Origin: an uncultured Candidatus Bathyarchaeia archaeon
Lineage (GTDB): Archaea > Thermoproteota > Bathyarchaeia > Bathyarchaeales > DTEX01
NCBI GenBank assembly: GCA_964431725.1
Contig: CAYSKG010000003.1
Coordinates: forward strand, 2,215 to 66,214
DNA: 64,000 nucleotides
Direction of reading: 5' to 3'
The position numbers were made by a program, and so were the translations under genes. Position 1 is the stretch's first letter. Each line of letters starts with the position of its first letter. Below the pieces are notes generated by a model. The model saw only the letters and a list, made by a program, of their open reading frames with translations, did not search any database and was not told where the DNA came from. This document shows positions 18,413-28,452 of the stretch, in pieces.

Positions 18413-19015
18413 TCAATGGTTACCTTTGAAGTCAGCTAAGATTTTTTCTTTGACTGTCTCAAAATGTTCTGGAAGCTTCTGCGGTGGAAGCTTTCTAGCT
18501 AAGTACTCCGAGAAGTGTCTCGAATATTTCTCCGGATTCTCCGTCGCCAGCATCTCAGCATATTTTGCTATATGTTCTCCACGTATTCTGGATTCATCGG
18601 GAAGTATTGATTCGTCATGCGGCACTTCAATTCCTGCGTCTAAGAAGCCTTTCATTGCAGCGAATACGCCAGCCCCTTTAGAGGGAGTATGTAAGCCTAT
18701 ATCCAATATGGCTTTTTTGATTCCTTTGGCTGAAGCCCTCAAACCGCATAGAAGCCCAGTTAGATATGCTGCAGGAAGATTGTTCAGGCTTCCGAGCCAA
18801 CCATACTTTTTTCTGAGCTCACGGGAGTGGGCTGACGTCATAACTATGTCGCCTATAACAGTTGCCCTTACTAGCTGAGTGATGATGTTTCTTCCCGTTT
18901 TTCTGACAACCAATCTAGGTAGCTTGGATATTATGAGCTTTTTTCTCTGCCTATAATCTGTTTTGCCTTCTCTTCTTCTCCTAAATGGAACATTGTAGGA
19001 TGGGCCTCTCGCCAT
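18413..19015 (-). CDS. rpl18: Ribosomal protein uL18 (L18/L5e)
   Basis: [19 protein letters not shown]-terminus and position in the operon. Confidence 0.93.
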   Translation of the reverse strand: MARGPSYNVPFRRRREGKTDYRQRKKLIISKLPRLVVRKTGRNIITQLVRATVIGDIVMTSAHSRELRKKYGWLGSLNNLPAAYLTGLLCGLRASAKGIKKAILDIGLHTPSKGAGVFAAMKGFLDAGIEVPHDESILPDESRIRGEHIAKYAEMLATENPEKYSRHFSEYLARKLPPQKLPEHFETVKEKILADFKGNH

Positions 19016-19482
19016 TAACGCTTCCTCCTTAAGTCATGGACTTCAATATAGCGATGTAGGTCTGAAACAGATCTGAAAACTCCGCTTTTAGCCTTGAGAT
19101 ATAGTTGACGGTAAACCCTTGTCGTTATTATACGCTTCTCTTTGAGCTTGCGTAGTCTTCTTCTTAAGGCTCTAATCTTCTCCACCCAGGCCCTTTTCAG
19201 TTTAGCTCTAGTCTTCTTTGAACCGCTTCTGCTTCCAGCTCCCCTACGCCGTCCCTTCTTTCTCTTTTCATGCAATATGCGTGCACGAGCCCGGCTGACG
19301 CCTTTCTCTTTGAGCTTTCTTATCGCTCCTTCATGGATTAGCCTTCTTATATCTTCTCTTGTTATTGCAGCCTCAACGTCTTCAAGTCTCTCAGGATCTA
19401 TCCAAACTCTTCCCTCGCCTACGCCGAGAACCTCCGCCGCCATTCTACGTTGGCTCCTCAAATTCAAAATCGACACCTCCAC
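19015..19482 (-). CDS. rpl19e: Ribosomal protein eL19
   Basis: [23 protein letters not shown] and a basic [15 protein letters not shown] tract. Confidence 0.93.
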   Translation of the reverse strand: MEVSILNLRSQRRMAAEVLGVGEGRVWIDPERLEDVEAAITREDIRRLIHEGAIRKLKEKGVSRARARILHEKRKKGRRRGAGSRSGSKKTRAKLKRAWVEKIRALRRRLRKLKEKRIITTRVYRQLYLKAKSGVFRSVSDLHRYIEVHDLRRKR

Positions 19483-19488
19483 ATTCAG

Positions 19489-19923
19489 CTAGGTTTTTAC
19501 TGTTTTCTCAGCCTCTAACTCCACGGTTACCCCAGGGTTTAGAATGTGTATACCTAGTTCTTTCGCTCTATTAAGAATTTCAGCTCTTTTCCTTGCTCCA
19601 ACTGTATGAGCTATTCTTATGGCTTCCGTTTCAGGATTAATTTTTCTTAAATCATCAATGTTATAAACGAGAACTTCCTTAAAGGCTGATGGATGGAGAC
19701 CTCTAGCTAGTTTAGGTCCTCTATAGCCAATGTTAACCGTAGCTGGCCAACCTTTTACTTTTCTGCGCATTTTGCTGTCTATTCCCCTAGGTCTTCTCCA
19801 GCTCTCTTTTATGCGTTTATAGCGCCAGCTCTCCTGTCGGCGGAACTCAGGCTTCTTACTCTTAATTTTTTTCCTGAGTTCAACTAGCTTTTCTAGGTCT
19901 TGATTTTCTGGTTTGCTACTCAA
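19489..19923 (-). CDS. rpl32e: Ribosomal protein eL32
   Basis: WRRPRGIDSKMRRKVKGWP and AHTVGARKRAEI. Confidence 0.92.
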   Translation of the reverse strand: MSSKPENQDLEKLVELRKKIKSKKPEFRRQESWRYKRIKESWRRPRGIDSKMRRKVKGWPATVNIGYRGPKLARGLHPSAFKEVLVYNIDDLRKINPETEAIRIAHTVGARKRAEILNRAKELGIHILNPGVTVELEAEKTVKT

Positions 19924-20468
19924 TCAACTAATCCCTCCAGCTTTTCATACACATATATTCCGTCCAAGAACCTTCGCGGGTCCCTATTCTTTATTTTTGT
20001 TGCTTGCTCTATGTTTGCAGCTGTTTGGCTGACCTCCTCAATGTTTATTCCCTGAACTATTACGTCATCTCCGCTAACCTTAACTTTCACGTCGCCGAAT
20101 ATCTTCGCAACTCTAGGCGCTCTCTCACCCATAAAGTTTTCTATTAAAATTTTATCTCCATCAACCTTAACGGAAACTGGAAAGTGCGCGAAAACGATTT
20201 TAAGCTTATATGTAAAACCTTTCGTTACACCTGTAATCATGTTTCTAATGTGAGAGCTGACGGTTCCAACACAAGCTTTCTCTCTTTTCTTGGGCCATAG
20301 AGCTGAAACCTCAACTTCGTCGCCTACAACCCGGATTGAAACAGGATGTCTCGAGAAGTCTCGGACAAGCCGCCCTAGCTTGCCCGTGACCTCTACTATA
20401 TTCCCCTCTACATTAACTTTAACGCCTTCCGGAATCTTAACTTTCCTGACTTCAATATTTCTCTGCAT
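19920..20468 (-). CDS. rpl6: Ribosomal protein uL6
   Basis: Two-repeat L6 pattern IPEGVKVNVEGNIVEVTGKLG and operon position. Confidence 0.92.
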   Translation of the reverse strand: MQRNIEVRKVKIPEGVKVNVEGNIVEVTGKLGRLVRDFSRHPVSIRVVGDEVEVSALWPKKREKACVGTVSSHIRNMITGVTKGFTYKLKIVFAHFPVSVKVDGDKILIENFMGERAPRVAKIFGDVKVKVSGDDVIVQGINIEEVSQTAANIEQATKIKNRDPRRFLDGIYVYEKLEGLVD

Positions 20469-20492
20469 TCTATGATTCTCTCCGGGCGGTCT

Positions 20493-20882
20493 CTAATATA
20501 CGTATGCTAAAAGCTTCCCTCCGATTCCTCTCTTTCGGGCTTCTATATGTGACATGACTCCCTGAGAGGTCGTCACTATTAGTATGCCCATATTTTTAGC
20601 TGGGAGATAGTTTTTCTCCCAGTTTTCAAGATCTTTAACCTTAAACGAATATCTAGGTCTTATGGCTCCGCACTTATTTATTCTGCCTAGGAGCTGAACC
20701 CTAAATTTTCCGGTTCGCCCGTCATCAATAAACTCAAACTCACCAATATATCCATTCATCTGCATAACTCTGAGCACATTGCCCAGTAGCTTTGAGGCTG
20801 GCATTATATAGCATTCCTTTTTACGTCTCATCTCATTATTCATTATTGTTGTTAAACCATTTGCTATAGTGTCCAGATTCAT
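20493..20882 (-). CDS. rps8: Ribosomal protein uS8
   Basis: [20 protein letters not shown] and a C-terminal GGKLLAYVY. Confidence 0.93.
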   Translation of the reverse strand: MNLDTIANGLTTIMNNEMRRKKECYIMPASKLLGNVLRVMQMNGYIGEFEFIDDGRTGKFRVQLLGRINKCGAIRPRYSFKVKDLENWEKNYLPAKNMGILIVTTSQGVMSHIEARKRGIGGKLLAYVY

Positions 20883-20906
20883 GTGAGCATAAACCTCCTT
20901 TTTAGG

Positions 20907-21071
20907 CTAATTGTATTTCTTGAAGCCTAATTTCTCAGCGACCTCCCTAAAGCAGTGGCGACAGAGATTTAGACCATACCTTCTTATTATTGGACCATAG
21001 GATCCGCATCTTCTACAGGGTCTACTACCCTTACCAAACTTTCTCTCTTTTCTCTGATTTTTTTTACTCAT
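20907..21071 (-). CDS. rps14: Ribosomal protein uS14 (Zn-ribbon type, 54 aa), absent from the supplied ORF track
   Basis: My manual translation of the minus strand gives [54 protein letters not shown]. It has a CxxC...CxxC pattern and lies between S8 and L5 as in all archaea. Confidence 0.9.
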   Translation of the reverse strand: MSKKNQRKERKFGKGSRPCRRCGSYGPIIRRYGLNLCRHCFREVAEKLGFKKYN

Positions 21072-21623
21072 CTACTTTCCCTCCACCACTTCGACACCAA
21101 GCTCTTCTTTTACAAATGCTATTGCTTCTTCAACTGTTAGCTTATGTTTTGAACCAACTTTAGATTTTGCACGCCGCCTATATTTAACCCTATAGCCCGG
21201 TCTACGTAATATAACCGTTATATCCATGCCTATTATACCTAGATCCGGCGAATATTTTGTGCCAGCTATGTCAATGTGTTCTCTAATACCGAAAGAGAAG
21301 TTTCCGGACTTATCAAAGGAGCTTGCCGGGATTCTATTGTCAACAGCATCTAAAGCTCTCTTTAGGAAATCCATTGCCCTTTCACCTCTCAAGGTAACCA
21401 TGCAAGCTATTGGTTCTCTACGCCTTATCCCGAAATCCCTTATAGTTTTCTTTGCTCTTCTAAAGCAAGGTTTCTGACCGGTTAGTTCCTCTATTATTTT
21501 CATAGCTTTTTCCAAGGGTTCACCGGATTTTCCAACAGATACATTAACAACTACCTTTTCAATTCTAGGTTTGAGCATGGGGTTTGACTCCCACTTAGCC
21601 TTAAAGTCTTCAGCTGCCAGCAT
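21072..21623 (-). CDS. rpl5: Ribosomal protein uL5
   Basis: NPMLKPRIEKVVVNVSVG. The ORF runs to 21668, but MLAAEDF at 21623 fits homolog N-termini and gives a short overlap with S4e. Confidence 0.92.
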   Translation of the reverse strand: MLAAEDFKAKWESNPMLKPRIEKVVVNVSVGKSGEPLEKAMKIIEELTGQKPCFRRAKKTIRDFGIRRREPIACMVTLRGERAMDFLKRALDAVDNRIPASSFDKSGNFSFGIREHIDIAGTKYSPDLGIIGMDITVILRRPGYRVKYRRRAKSKVGSKHKLTVEEAIAFVKEELGVEVVEGK

Positions 21624-22386
21624 AAATCTCCTCCATACCACGCAGAGATATTCTTGGAGTTTTATCACCTATAACAAATACGTAATCTAATATTGTGCGG
21701 TAGGTTTCTCCCTTATTATCTTCAATAGTTACTAGGTTTCTTCTCCTTTTAATTGAACTTCGCTCATCAATCTCTCTAATAATACCATGTTTACCAATAT
21801 TCTCTCCATCTATAAATAGCGCCAGCATGCCGATTTCCAATCTCAAATGCTCAAGTATCTCTTGACTTGGCAGACTTATCTTTAAGGTATCAAATGTTCG
21901 ATAAATGTTTCCGGCCGGATTACTTGGGTCTTCACTACGTATAAGTATATTCCTTCCATCATGAAGATTAAGTTGGATATGACCACCATTCACTGTTGTT
22001 TTATTCTCAATTCTACAGATTTTGTATTTTGCTTCTTCATCATCTATCTCATGAAGAATCAAACCTTTCTCAGATGGCAAAACTCTATAGTTTACATTTA
22101 TTTCAGGGATTGAAACAACATCCATCAATCCGACAGGAAAATGCTCATCACATCTAACTCTTCCATCAACCAAAATCTTACCCTGGGCAATTATCTTCTT
22201 TGCCTCTCTCATGGTTTTAGCGAAGCCAAGCAGATCACGCACAATTATTCCTAGGGGTATACACCGCTCGATTGGATGAGGGCCAGGACTAGGTTTAAGG
22301 GCCCAAACGAACTTTTTCCTGTGTATGGGCCAGAATTTGGGAGTTACCTCCCGCTTGAGATGTCTTTTCCCACCCATTTTCCCCAT
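21610..22386 (-). CDS. rps4e: Ribosomal protein eS4
   Basis: GGKRHLKREVTPKFWPIHRKKFVWALKPSPGPH. Confidence 0.93.
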   Translation of the reverse strand: MGKMGGKRHLKREVTPKFWPIHRKKFVWALKPSPGPHPIERCIPLGIIVRDLLGFAKTMREAKKIIAQGKILVDGRVRCDEHFPVGLMDVVSIPEINVNYRVLPSEKGLILHEIDDEEAKYKICRIENKTTVNGGHIQLNLHDGRNILIRSEDPSNPAGNIYRTFDTLKISLPSQEILEHLRLEIGMLALFIDGENIGKHGIIREIDERSSIKRRRNLVTIEDNKGETYRTILDYVFVIGDKTPRISLRGMEEIYAGS

Positions 22387-22389
22387 GTT

Positions 22390-22836
22390 CTATGCACCTT
22401 TAATGTTTGTTTGAACCTTAGCTTCTTCTTTCACTGAAGCCTCCTTCAGATTCTTTGTTTCTTCAATAACCCCTCTTCTCTCTAATATCTTTTTCCTAAA
22501 TTTATCATCGAGATTTAGGCGTATAATTTCAACATTAGATGGGTGGATTGGAACGAGTATGGTTGTTCCATCAGCTTTTTCGCGGGTTATTCCCTCAATG
22601 AATATGCGATATTTCTTTCTGTCAACTCTCATAACTTTTCCTTCAACACCCTTATAGTCTCCTCTGAGAACCCTAACTGTATCACCTGTTCTAACTGGAA
22701 GAGACCTAGTGTTGTAAGTTGACCTTAGCTCTGAGGACAAATGAGCTGAAAGAATTTTCCCGCGGATATGATAGGGAGCTTGAAAGAGTCTTTTCCTCTG
22801 CTTGCTCGGTTTAACAGTTTTACTTTTCATAAGCAT
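22390..22836 (-). CDS. rpl24: Ribosomal protein uL24
   Basis: [17 protein letters not shown] and a KOW motif [18 protein letters not shown]. Confidence 0.92.
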   Translation of the reverse strand: MLMKSKTVKPSKQRKRLFQAPYHIRGKILSAHLSSELRSTYNTRSLPVRTGDTVRVLRGDYKGVEGKVMRVDRKKYRIFIEGITREKADGTTILVPIHPSNVEIIRLNLDDKFRKKILERRGVIEETKNLKEASVKEEAKVQTNIKGA

Positions 22837-22855
22837 ACAACCACCATTTTTCTCT

Positions 22856-23296
22856 TTATATTATTATGCTGGCGGCGCTGGCTATTCTCGGCCATCTCTC
22901 AGCAGCCTCTCTGGCAACTGGACCACGAATCTCCGACCCCCGCATTTCACCGTCAGGCGTTATGATTACTGCTGCGTTATCTTCGAATTGAACCCATATG
23001 CCTTCTGGTCGCCTGTAGGGTTTTCTTTGTCTGACTATTACTGCATGAAATAGTTTTTTCCGCATGTCTGGCGTTCCCTTCCTAACTGAGACAACTACAG
23101 CATCTCCTACTGAGGCAGCTGGAACTCTTCTATGTCTACCTTTGTATCCTATTACTTGTACTAATCTGAGAACTTTGGCGCCTGAATTATCGGCGCATTT
23201 GATTAGCGACCCTACGTTTATACCCTTGCTTATTTTAACCTTTGGTTTTCCAGCACCTCTTGCGCGTAAACCTCTAGTTTTTGCTTTGGCTGCCAT
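22856..23296 (-). CDS. rpl14: Ribosomal protein uL14
   Basis: [11 protein letters not shown] and a [14 protein letters not shown]-terminus. Confidence 0.93.
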   Translation of the reverse strand: MAAKAKTRGLRARGAGKPKVKISKGINVGSLIKCADNSGAKVLRLVQVIGYKGRHRRVPAASVGDAVVVSVRKGTPDMRKKLFHAVIVRQRKPYRRPEGIWVQFEDNAAVIITPDGEMRGSEIRGPVAREAAERWPRIASAASIII

Positions 23297-23301
23297 CTAG
23301 A

Positions 23302-23619
23302 TCACTTCTCCAACTTTTCTATTACGACGAAAGAAACAGTCTTACTTATCGGTCTACATTCAGCGATTCTTACAACATCATTTTCAGTTGCGTTTATGCA
23401 GGGCGGGTTGTGAGCTGGTATGTGACTGTGCCTCCGCTCATAACGCTTGTATTTGGGCACATATTTGAGGTAGTCACGTCTAACTATTACAGTTTTATCC
23501 ATCTTTGCGCTTACAACGACGCCCTCAAGTATCCTACCTCTAATCTTTAGGGACCCGTGAAATGGACAGTTTCGATCATTACATGTTTTCTCAGGTTTTT
23601 TAATTGATTCAAGCGACAT
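23302..23619 (-). CDS. rps17: Ribosomal protein uS17
   Basis: CNDRNCPFHGSLKIRGRILEGVVVSAKMDKTV. Confidence 0.92.
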   Translation of the reverse strand: MSLESIKKPEKTCNDRNCPFHGSLKIRGRILEGVVVSAKMDKTVIVRRDYLKYVPKYKRYERRHSHIPAHNPPCINATENDVVRIAECRPISKTVSFVVIEKLEK

Positions 23620-23901
23620 TTACCAATGTCTCCTAATTATCTTCTTAACCCTATCTTCTGGGCGACCAATTAAAACTTTACCGTCAACCTCAACAACCGT
23701 TTTATCAGGTAAAGTAAAATGGAAAACACAATTCTCTTTAATTAAAATTTTCTCTTCACCTTTACAGAGTATTCTAAATGTGTTTCTAGTTTCATCTATA
23801 ATTTTACCAGATAAACCAACGCAGCTTGGATTTGTACATTTAACAACCTTAACATTTAATCCAATAAATTCATCTTGAAGGATATAAGACAGATCTCTCA
23901 T
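23620..23901 (-). CDS. rnp1: RNase P protein component 1 (Rpp29/Pop4)
   Basis: EFIGLNVKVVKCTNPSCVGLSGKIIDETRNTF. It holds the conserved archaeal position between L29 and S17. Confidence 0.85.
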   Translation of the reverse strand: MRDLSYILQDEFIGLNVKVVKCTNPSCVGLSGKIIDETRNTFRILCKGEEKILIKENCVFHFTLPDKTVVEVDGKVLIGRPEDRVKKIIRRHW

Positions 23902-24113
23902 TTTACTCCCCTCATTTCCTCATTATTTACAGTTAATATACGGGCTATCGTGCGCTTAATCTCTCGAATCCTAGCTGGTTTCTCAATGGCACCGCCAGCC
24001 TTAACCATGGTTCTTAACCTGATTAGCTCAGTCCTTAGCTCTCTCAACCTTCTTTCTCTCTCCTCACGGGACATTTTCCTGATTTCCCTCATTTTCAGAA
24101 TTGCCATCCGCAT
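23898..24113 (-). CDS. rpl29: Ribosomal protein uL29
   Basis: LKMREIRKMSREERERRLRELRTELIRLR. Confidence 0.9.
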   Translation of the reverse strand: MRMAILKMREIRKMSREERERRLRELRTELIRLRTMVKAGGAIEKPARIREIKRTIARILTVNNEEMRGVK

Positions 24114-24127
24114 TCAACCTCCATGAT

Positions 24128-24772
24128 TTAGGTTTTTTCAGTTCCGCTTTCAGTCTGATCTTGATTTTCTTCACTTACCTCTTCTAGAAGCTCTACCTCA
24201 TCCGGAAACTTCGCATCTGGAGAAACTATGAGAACTTTAACACCAAAGATACCGGGCTTAAGCTGAACATGTGCAACTGCCTTCTTAACGTATCTCATAG
24301 CGGGCTCTCCACTTTTCGGGATGTAACCATCTCGGAATTTTTCAACTCGAGCACGCTCAGTTCTGAGTTTACCGCTTATGATTATTTCAGCTCCTAGGGC
24401 TCCGGCACTCATTATTCGATTTAAAGCCCAGAAGCCAACTCTTCTGAAGTGAACGCCTCTTCTAAGTGCGGCAGCTATTCTAGAAGCCATAACATACGGG
24501 TTTAGCTCAGGAATTTCAATTTCAGCTACAGAAATCTGCGGATTTGGAAGATTAAATTTTTCTTCTAAAACTTTGGCGAGATTTTTTATTGTTTCTCCGC
24601 CACGCCCTATAACTATCCCCGGTCGCATAGCATATATAACTATGTTTGTGCCTAGAGGAGTTCTCGTTATGCTTACTCCTCCATAACCAGCTCTTTCAAA
24701 TTCTTTCCAAAGAAACTCATCTATCTCAGCTTTTTTAATGTACTCATTTATGAAATGTTTAACATAAGTCAT
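24128..24772 (-). CDS. rps3: Ribosomal protein uS3
   Basis: KH-domain GIVIGRGGETIKNL, 214 aa, operon position. Confidence 0.92.
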   Translation of the reverse strand: MTYVKHFINEYIKKAEIDEFLWKEFERAGYGGVSITRTPLGTNIVIYAMRPGIVIGRGGETIKNLAKVLEEKFNLPNPQISVAEIEIPELNPYVMASRIAAALRRGVHFRRVGFWALNRIMSAGALGAEIIISGKLRTERARVEKFRDGYIPKSGEPAMRYVKKAVAHVQLKPGIFGVKVLIVSPDAKFPDEVELLEEVSEENQDQTESGTEKT

Positions 24773-24775
24773 TAT

Positions 24776-25246
24776 TTATCCCTCTCTCACCTGTTCCAGA
24801 ACTATTTCAACATGACATAGAGTTTCGAATTTTGGAGTTGCTCTGCCAAATGCACGCGGCATATACCTCTTAATCTTGGTACCCGGGTAAGCTGCCGCAT
24901 GGATTATTTTGAGCCTTTCAACATCTAGACCTTTATAGTCAGCGTTTGCCTCAGCGCTTTCGAGAACCTCAAGAATCTTGGATGCGGCTTTAACCGGATA
25001 TCTACCAGCCATAGCCTTCTGCAGTCCTCTCCTATGGGGGAGTTTCTTATTGTAGCGTCTAAATGGAACAGCTTTCTTTTTCGCAATTACTTGTCTTAGG
25101 TACTCCTTTGCTTCATCAAGCATCATTCCCTTTATTGCAGCGCAGACTTCCCTCGCTGCTTTAGGCGATATTCTGAGCTCTCTACCGCTTGCTTTAGCGG
25201 TGGTGTCTGGATCAAGATCTATTATAGAGTATCCCCAATTTGGCAC
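24776..25246 (-). CDS. rpl22: Ribosomal protein uL22
   Basis: AKASGRELRISPKAAREVCAAIKGM. Confidence 0.92.
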   Translation of the reverse strand: MPNWGYSIIDLDPDTTAKASGRELRISPKAAREVCAAIKGMMLDEAKEYLRQVIAKKKAVPFRRYNKKLPHRRGLQKAMAGRYPVKAASKILEVLESAEANADYKGLDVERLKIIHAAAYPGTKIKRYMPRAFGRATPKFETLCHVEIVLEQVREG

Positions 25247-25360
25247 GTTTCATTCACCGTTCTTGCTGAAAACAAAAATACATAGTGATTTATAAGAATT
25301 TTCCCCAGGCCTTTCATTACGAAAGAAACGTTACTTTTTATAAGTAAATTGTGGAGGAAT

Positions 25361-25645
25361 TTATCCTCCACCAATGACAGTCATGAGGGTTAGTACATCT
25401 CCATCTTTAAGTTTAATCTCGCTTCGATCAGTTAAGTTTACCGTTGAATCATTTAAGGTTACTATGAGGGTTGGGTCAACAGAGTTTTCCTCTCTATAAT
25501 TCACTAAATCTTTTAACTTTTCGTGAGCTTTAACGATTCTGTCAAGCAGATCTCTAAGTGAGGAGCCTTCTGCTAGTTCGTATTCTTCCTCTTTCTTACC
25601 CACTTTATGTCTAACAACGCCTAAATAAACAACTTTAATCTTCAT
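25361..25645 (-). CDS. MoaD/ThiS-family ubiquitin-like small protein (SAMP-like)
   Basis: 94 aa with a beta-grasp pattern, and a C-terminus DGDVLTLMTVIGGG ending in Gly-Gly-Gly. Confidence 0.55.
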   Translation of the reverse strand: MKIKVVYLGVVRHKVGKKEEEYELAEGSSLRDLLDRIVKAHEKLKDLVNYREENSVDPTLIVTLNDSTVNLTDRSEIKLKDGDVLTLMTVIGGG

Positions 25646-25803
25646 AGATCTCTGAGAGAATTTTGTTTGAGAAAAATTTAAACTTTCTTATTAACGGATT
25701 GATCTAGATTTTTATAAAACAACCAAAAAGCTGTCGAGCATCTTTTTATATATTACGCCCGTAATATTTTATTTTGATTCGTCTTAAAGAGGTTTAAAAG
25801 GCA

Positions 25804-26355
25804 TTGTCCAACGAGGAAAATCTTTGCTCAAGCATAAAATATTTAGATTTCATATTTGAAAATGAGTTAGTTACAGTTATTGCTGTTAGAAACGCTCCTA
25901 AAATAGAGCTTATTGGCTTTTCTGTGGGACCCTTTGAAGAGGGACATGAATATGAAGTTAGATTATGGGTGGCACGTGAACTTGAGAAGGACGGTATAGT
26001 TAAGATTAGAGAGCATATGCTAGATGCCACTAAACTTTATAAAATTCAGTGGACAGAACGCATTCAAGCCATCGGGCAGCTTTCAACCCTACCGGAAGAT
26101 TTTTATCCTCGACTTAGACGGTTAATTGATGAGTTAAAAACTGCTTCAAAAACGAGTTTAGATAAAATGAGAGAATACGAGTATGTACGAAATCTTTCAC
26201 GGGACATAGTTAATTGCAGACTCAGAAAGATAGTGTCTTTAGCCTCGCTTCCTACACAAGAAAGCCAGATTTTAAAGAATCTTACTCCTGAGGAGAGAGA
26301 ATTATACGGACATGTACGCCGGATCATAAGTGAATGGAGGTCTAAAATAGTTTAG
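25804..26355 (+). CDS. GINS subunit, Gins23-type domain order
   Basis: A small beta domain (GPFEEGHEYEVRLWVARELEKDGIVKI) precedes a helical domain (YPRLRRLIDELK...NCRLRKIVSLA). It lies directly upstream of mcm. TTG start. Confidence 0.65.
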   Translation: MSNEENLCSSIKYLDFIFENELVTVIAVRNAPKIELIGFSVGPFEEGHEYEVRLWVARELEKDGIVKIREHMLDATKLYKIQWTERIQAIGQLSTLPEDFYPRLRRLIDELKTASKTSLDKMREYEYVRNLSRDIVNCRLRKIVSLASLPTQESQILKNLTPEERELYGHVRRIISEWRSKIV

Positions 26356-26376
26356 GTTGGGGGCGCTCCTAGGAAA

Positions 26377-28419
26377 ATGGGTGAGTTACTTGTTGAAAAG
26401 CCTCTAGAAAAATTTAATGAGATATTCAAGACTCCTAAATATCGTCAAAGAATCGCTCAAATGGCATTAAATGCCTCAACATCACTAATATTGGACTTTA
26501 GAGACTTACTCATCGCTGATCCGCATCTAGCCGAAGAGCTTCTTGAAAAACCACACGAATATCTTGCTTATGCCAACAACGCTGCTTTCGAACAACTCCA
26601 AATAGAAGATCCAGAGTACGCTGAGAAAATTAAGGAGATCGGCGTAACCGTTAGAATTAGGGGGATACCGCGTGTTACACCACTACGGAAACTTGGTTCT
26701 GAGCATATTGGTAAATTAATTATGATTGAAGGCATAATTATGCGCGCAACGATGGTTAGACCGATAGTTACAACGGCGGTTTTCAGATGCAAGAGATGCG
26801 AAACAAAAATGGAGGTTCCTCAAAGCGGAGCTTTTCTAACGTTTCCATATAGATGCGCTAACCCGCGATGCGGCAAAAATGGACCCTTCGAATTTATTCA
26901 AGAGGAATCCAAATTTGTTGATTACCAAGAACTTAGAATCCAAGAATATCCGGAGGATATTCCACCGGGTCAGACACCCCGTTCTTTAGATATCCGGTTG
27001 GTTGGAAAGGATATTGTTGATACAGCTAGGCCTGGTGACAGAGTTTACGTTATCGGCATAGTTGGCGCTGAAGCAACCTCGTATCCTAGAGCCGGAAAAA
27101 CTAGGGCTTTCACACTTTATATTGAAGCGAACTTTATAGATGCAACCAGCAAAGAATCTGAGTCTCTACTGATAACGCCTGAGGAGGAAGAGCAGATTCT
27201 AAAGCTAGCTAAAGATCCATTCATACATCAAAAGATAATTCAATCGATCGCGCCATCTATTTATGGCTATGAGCATATCAAAGAGGCAATCATGTATTTA
27301 CTTTTCGGCGGCGTCCCAAAACATTTACCGGACATAAACATTAGAGGAGAAATAAACATACTTTTGGTTGGTGATCCGGGAACAGCTAAATCTCAGATTT
27401 TACGTTATGTTCAGAGAATAGCTCCTAGAGGATTATATACAAGCGGCAGAGGAACAACGGCGGCCGGTTTAACAGCGGCTGTTCTCCCATCCCCCGGCGG
27501 CGGAATGACCCTTGAAGCCGGCGCACTGGTATTAGCTGATAAGGGTATTGCATGCATAGATGAAATTGACAAGATGAGGCCGGAGGATAGGGTTGCAATT
27601 CATGAGGCAATGGAACAACATACAATCTCCGTTGCGAAGGGAGGTATAGTTGCCACATTAAACGCTCGAACAGCTATTTTGGCTGCAGCTAACCCAGCGT
27701 TAGGCAGATACGACCCCTATAAAACGGTGGCTGAAAATATTTCGTTGCCAGTAACAATACTTTCAAGGTTTGATTTGATCTTTGTTTTAAGGGATGTTCC
27801 GGAAAAAGATCTTGACTCCAAGCTGAGCGAGCATTTGCTTAAATTACATATGAGGGAGGCGCCGCCCGTCGAGCCTCCTATTCCACCCGATCTACTGAGA
27901 AAGTACATTGCTTATGCACGGAACAATATTAAACCAACTTTAACGTCTGAAGCTATGGAGAGGCTTAGAGAGTTCTATTTGACCATGCGTTCTGCCAGCG
28001 AGGGAGAGGGATCACCGATCGCTATAACCGCTAGGCAGCTTGAAGCTTTAGTTAGGATTGCCGAGGCAAGGGCACGTGCAGCCCTCAGAAATTCCGTTTT
28101 GGCTGAAGATGCTGAAGCGGCTATAGCTATAATGAAGAGATCTCTTGAAGAGGTTGGGATAGATGTATCCTCTAAGAAGTTTGATATAGATATCATAATG
28201 GTTGGGAAACCTAAAAGCATGCAGGACAAGCTCCGAGTGATATTAAGTGCGCTTGTAGAGATGGAAAAAGAAACCGGGATGGTTAGTAGGGCTGATCTGC
28301 TTGAGAAATTAAGCAGCGAGTATGACATATCTAAGGCTGAAGCTGAGAAGCTGATAGCTCAGATGATACGTGAGGGAACCTTATATGAGCCTAGAAACGG
28401 CTACTTAAAGAAGACGTAG
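26377..28419 (+). CDS. mcm: MCM replicative helicase
   Basis: Zn finger CKRCETK...CANPRCG, Walker A GDPGTAKS, Walker B ACIDEIDKM, SRFDLIF arginine finger, 680 aa. Confidence 0.95.
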   Translation: MGELLVEKPLEKFNEIFKTPKYRQRIAQMALNASTSLILDFRDLLIADPHLAEELLEKPHEYLAYANNAAFEQLQIEDPEYAEKIKEIGVTVRIRGIPRVTPLRKLGSEHIGKLIMIEGIIMRATMVRPIVTTAVFRCKRCETKMEVPQSGAFLTFPYRCANPRCGKNGPFEFIQEESKFVDYQELRIQEYPEDIPPGQTPRSLDIRLVGKDIVDTARPGDRVYVIGIVGAEATSYPRAGKTRAFTLYIEANFIDATSKESESLLITPEEEEQILKLAKDPFIHQKIIQSIAPSIYGYEHIKEAIMYLLFGGVPKHLPDINIRGEINILLVGDPGTAKSQILRYVQRIAPRGLYTSGRGTTAAGLTAAVLPSPGGGMTLEAGALVLADKGIACIDEIDKMRPEDRVAIHEAMEQHTISVAKGGIVATLNARTAILAAANPALGRYDPYKTVAENISLPVTILSRFDLIFVLRDVPEKDLDSKLSEHLLKLHMREAPPVEPPIPPDLLRKYIAYARNNIKPTLTSEAMERLREFYLTMRSASEGEGSPIAITARQLEALVRIAEARARAALRNSVLAEDAEAAIAIMKRSLEEVGIDVSSKKFDIDIIMVGKPKSMQDKLRVILSALVEMEKETGMVSRADLLEKLSSEYDISKAEAEKLIAQMIREGTLYEPRNGYLKKT

Positions 28420-28452
28420 AGGTTGTATAAAGAAAAGTAAAAGGGTTAAGCC

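Noticed and set aside
25646-25803. Replication origin next to GINS/MCM
   Set aside because: The region is AT-rich with TATA-like boxes, but I could find no repeated ORB-like elements and no orc1/cdc6 gene. It is consistent with an ordinary divergent promoter region.
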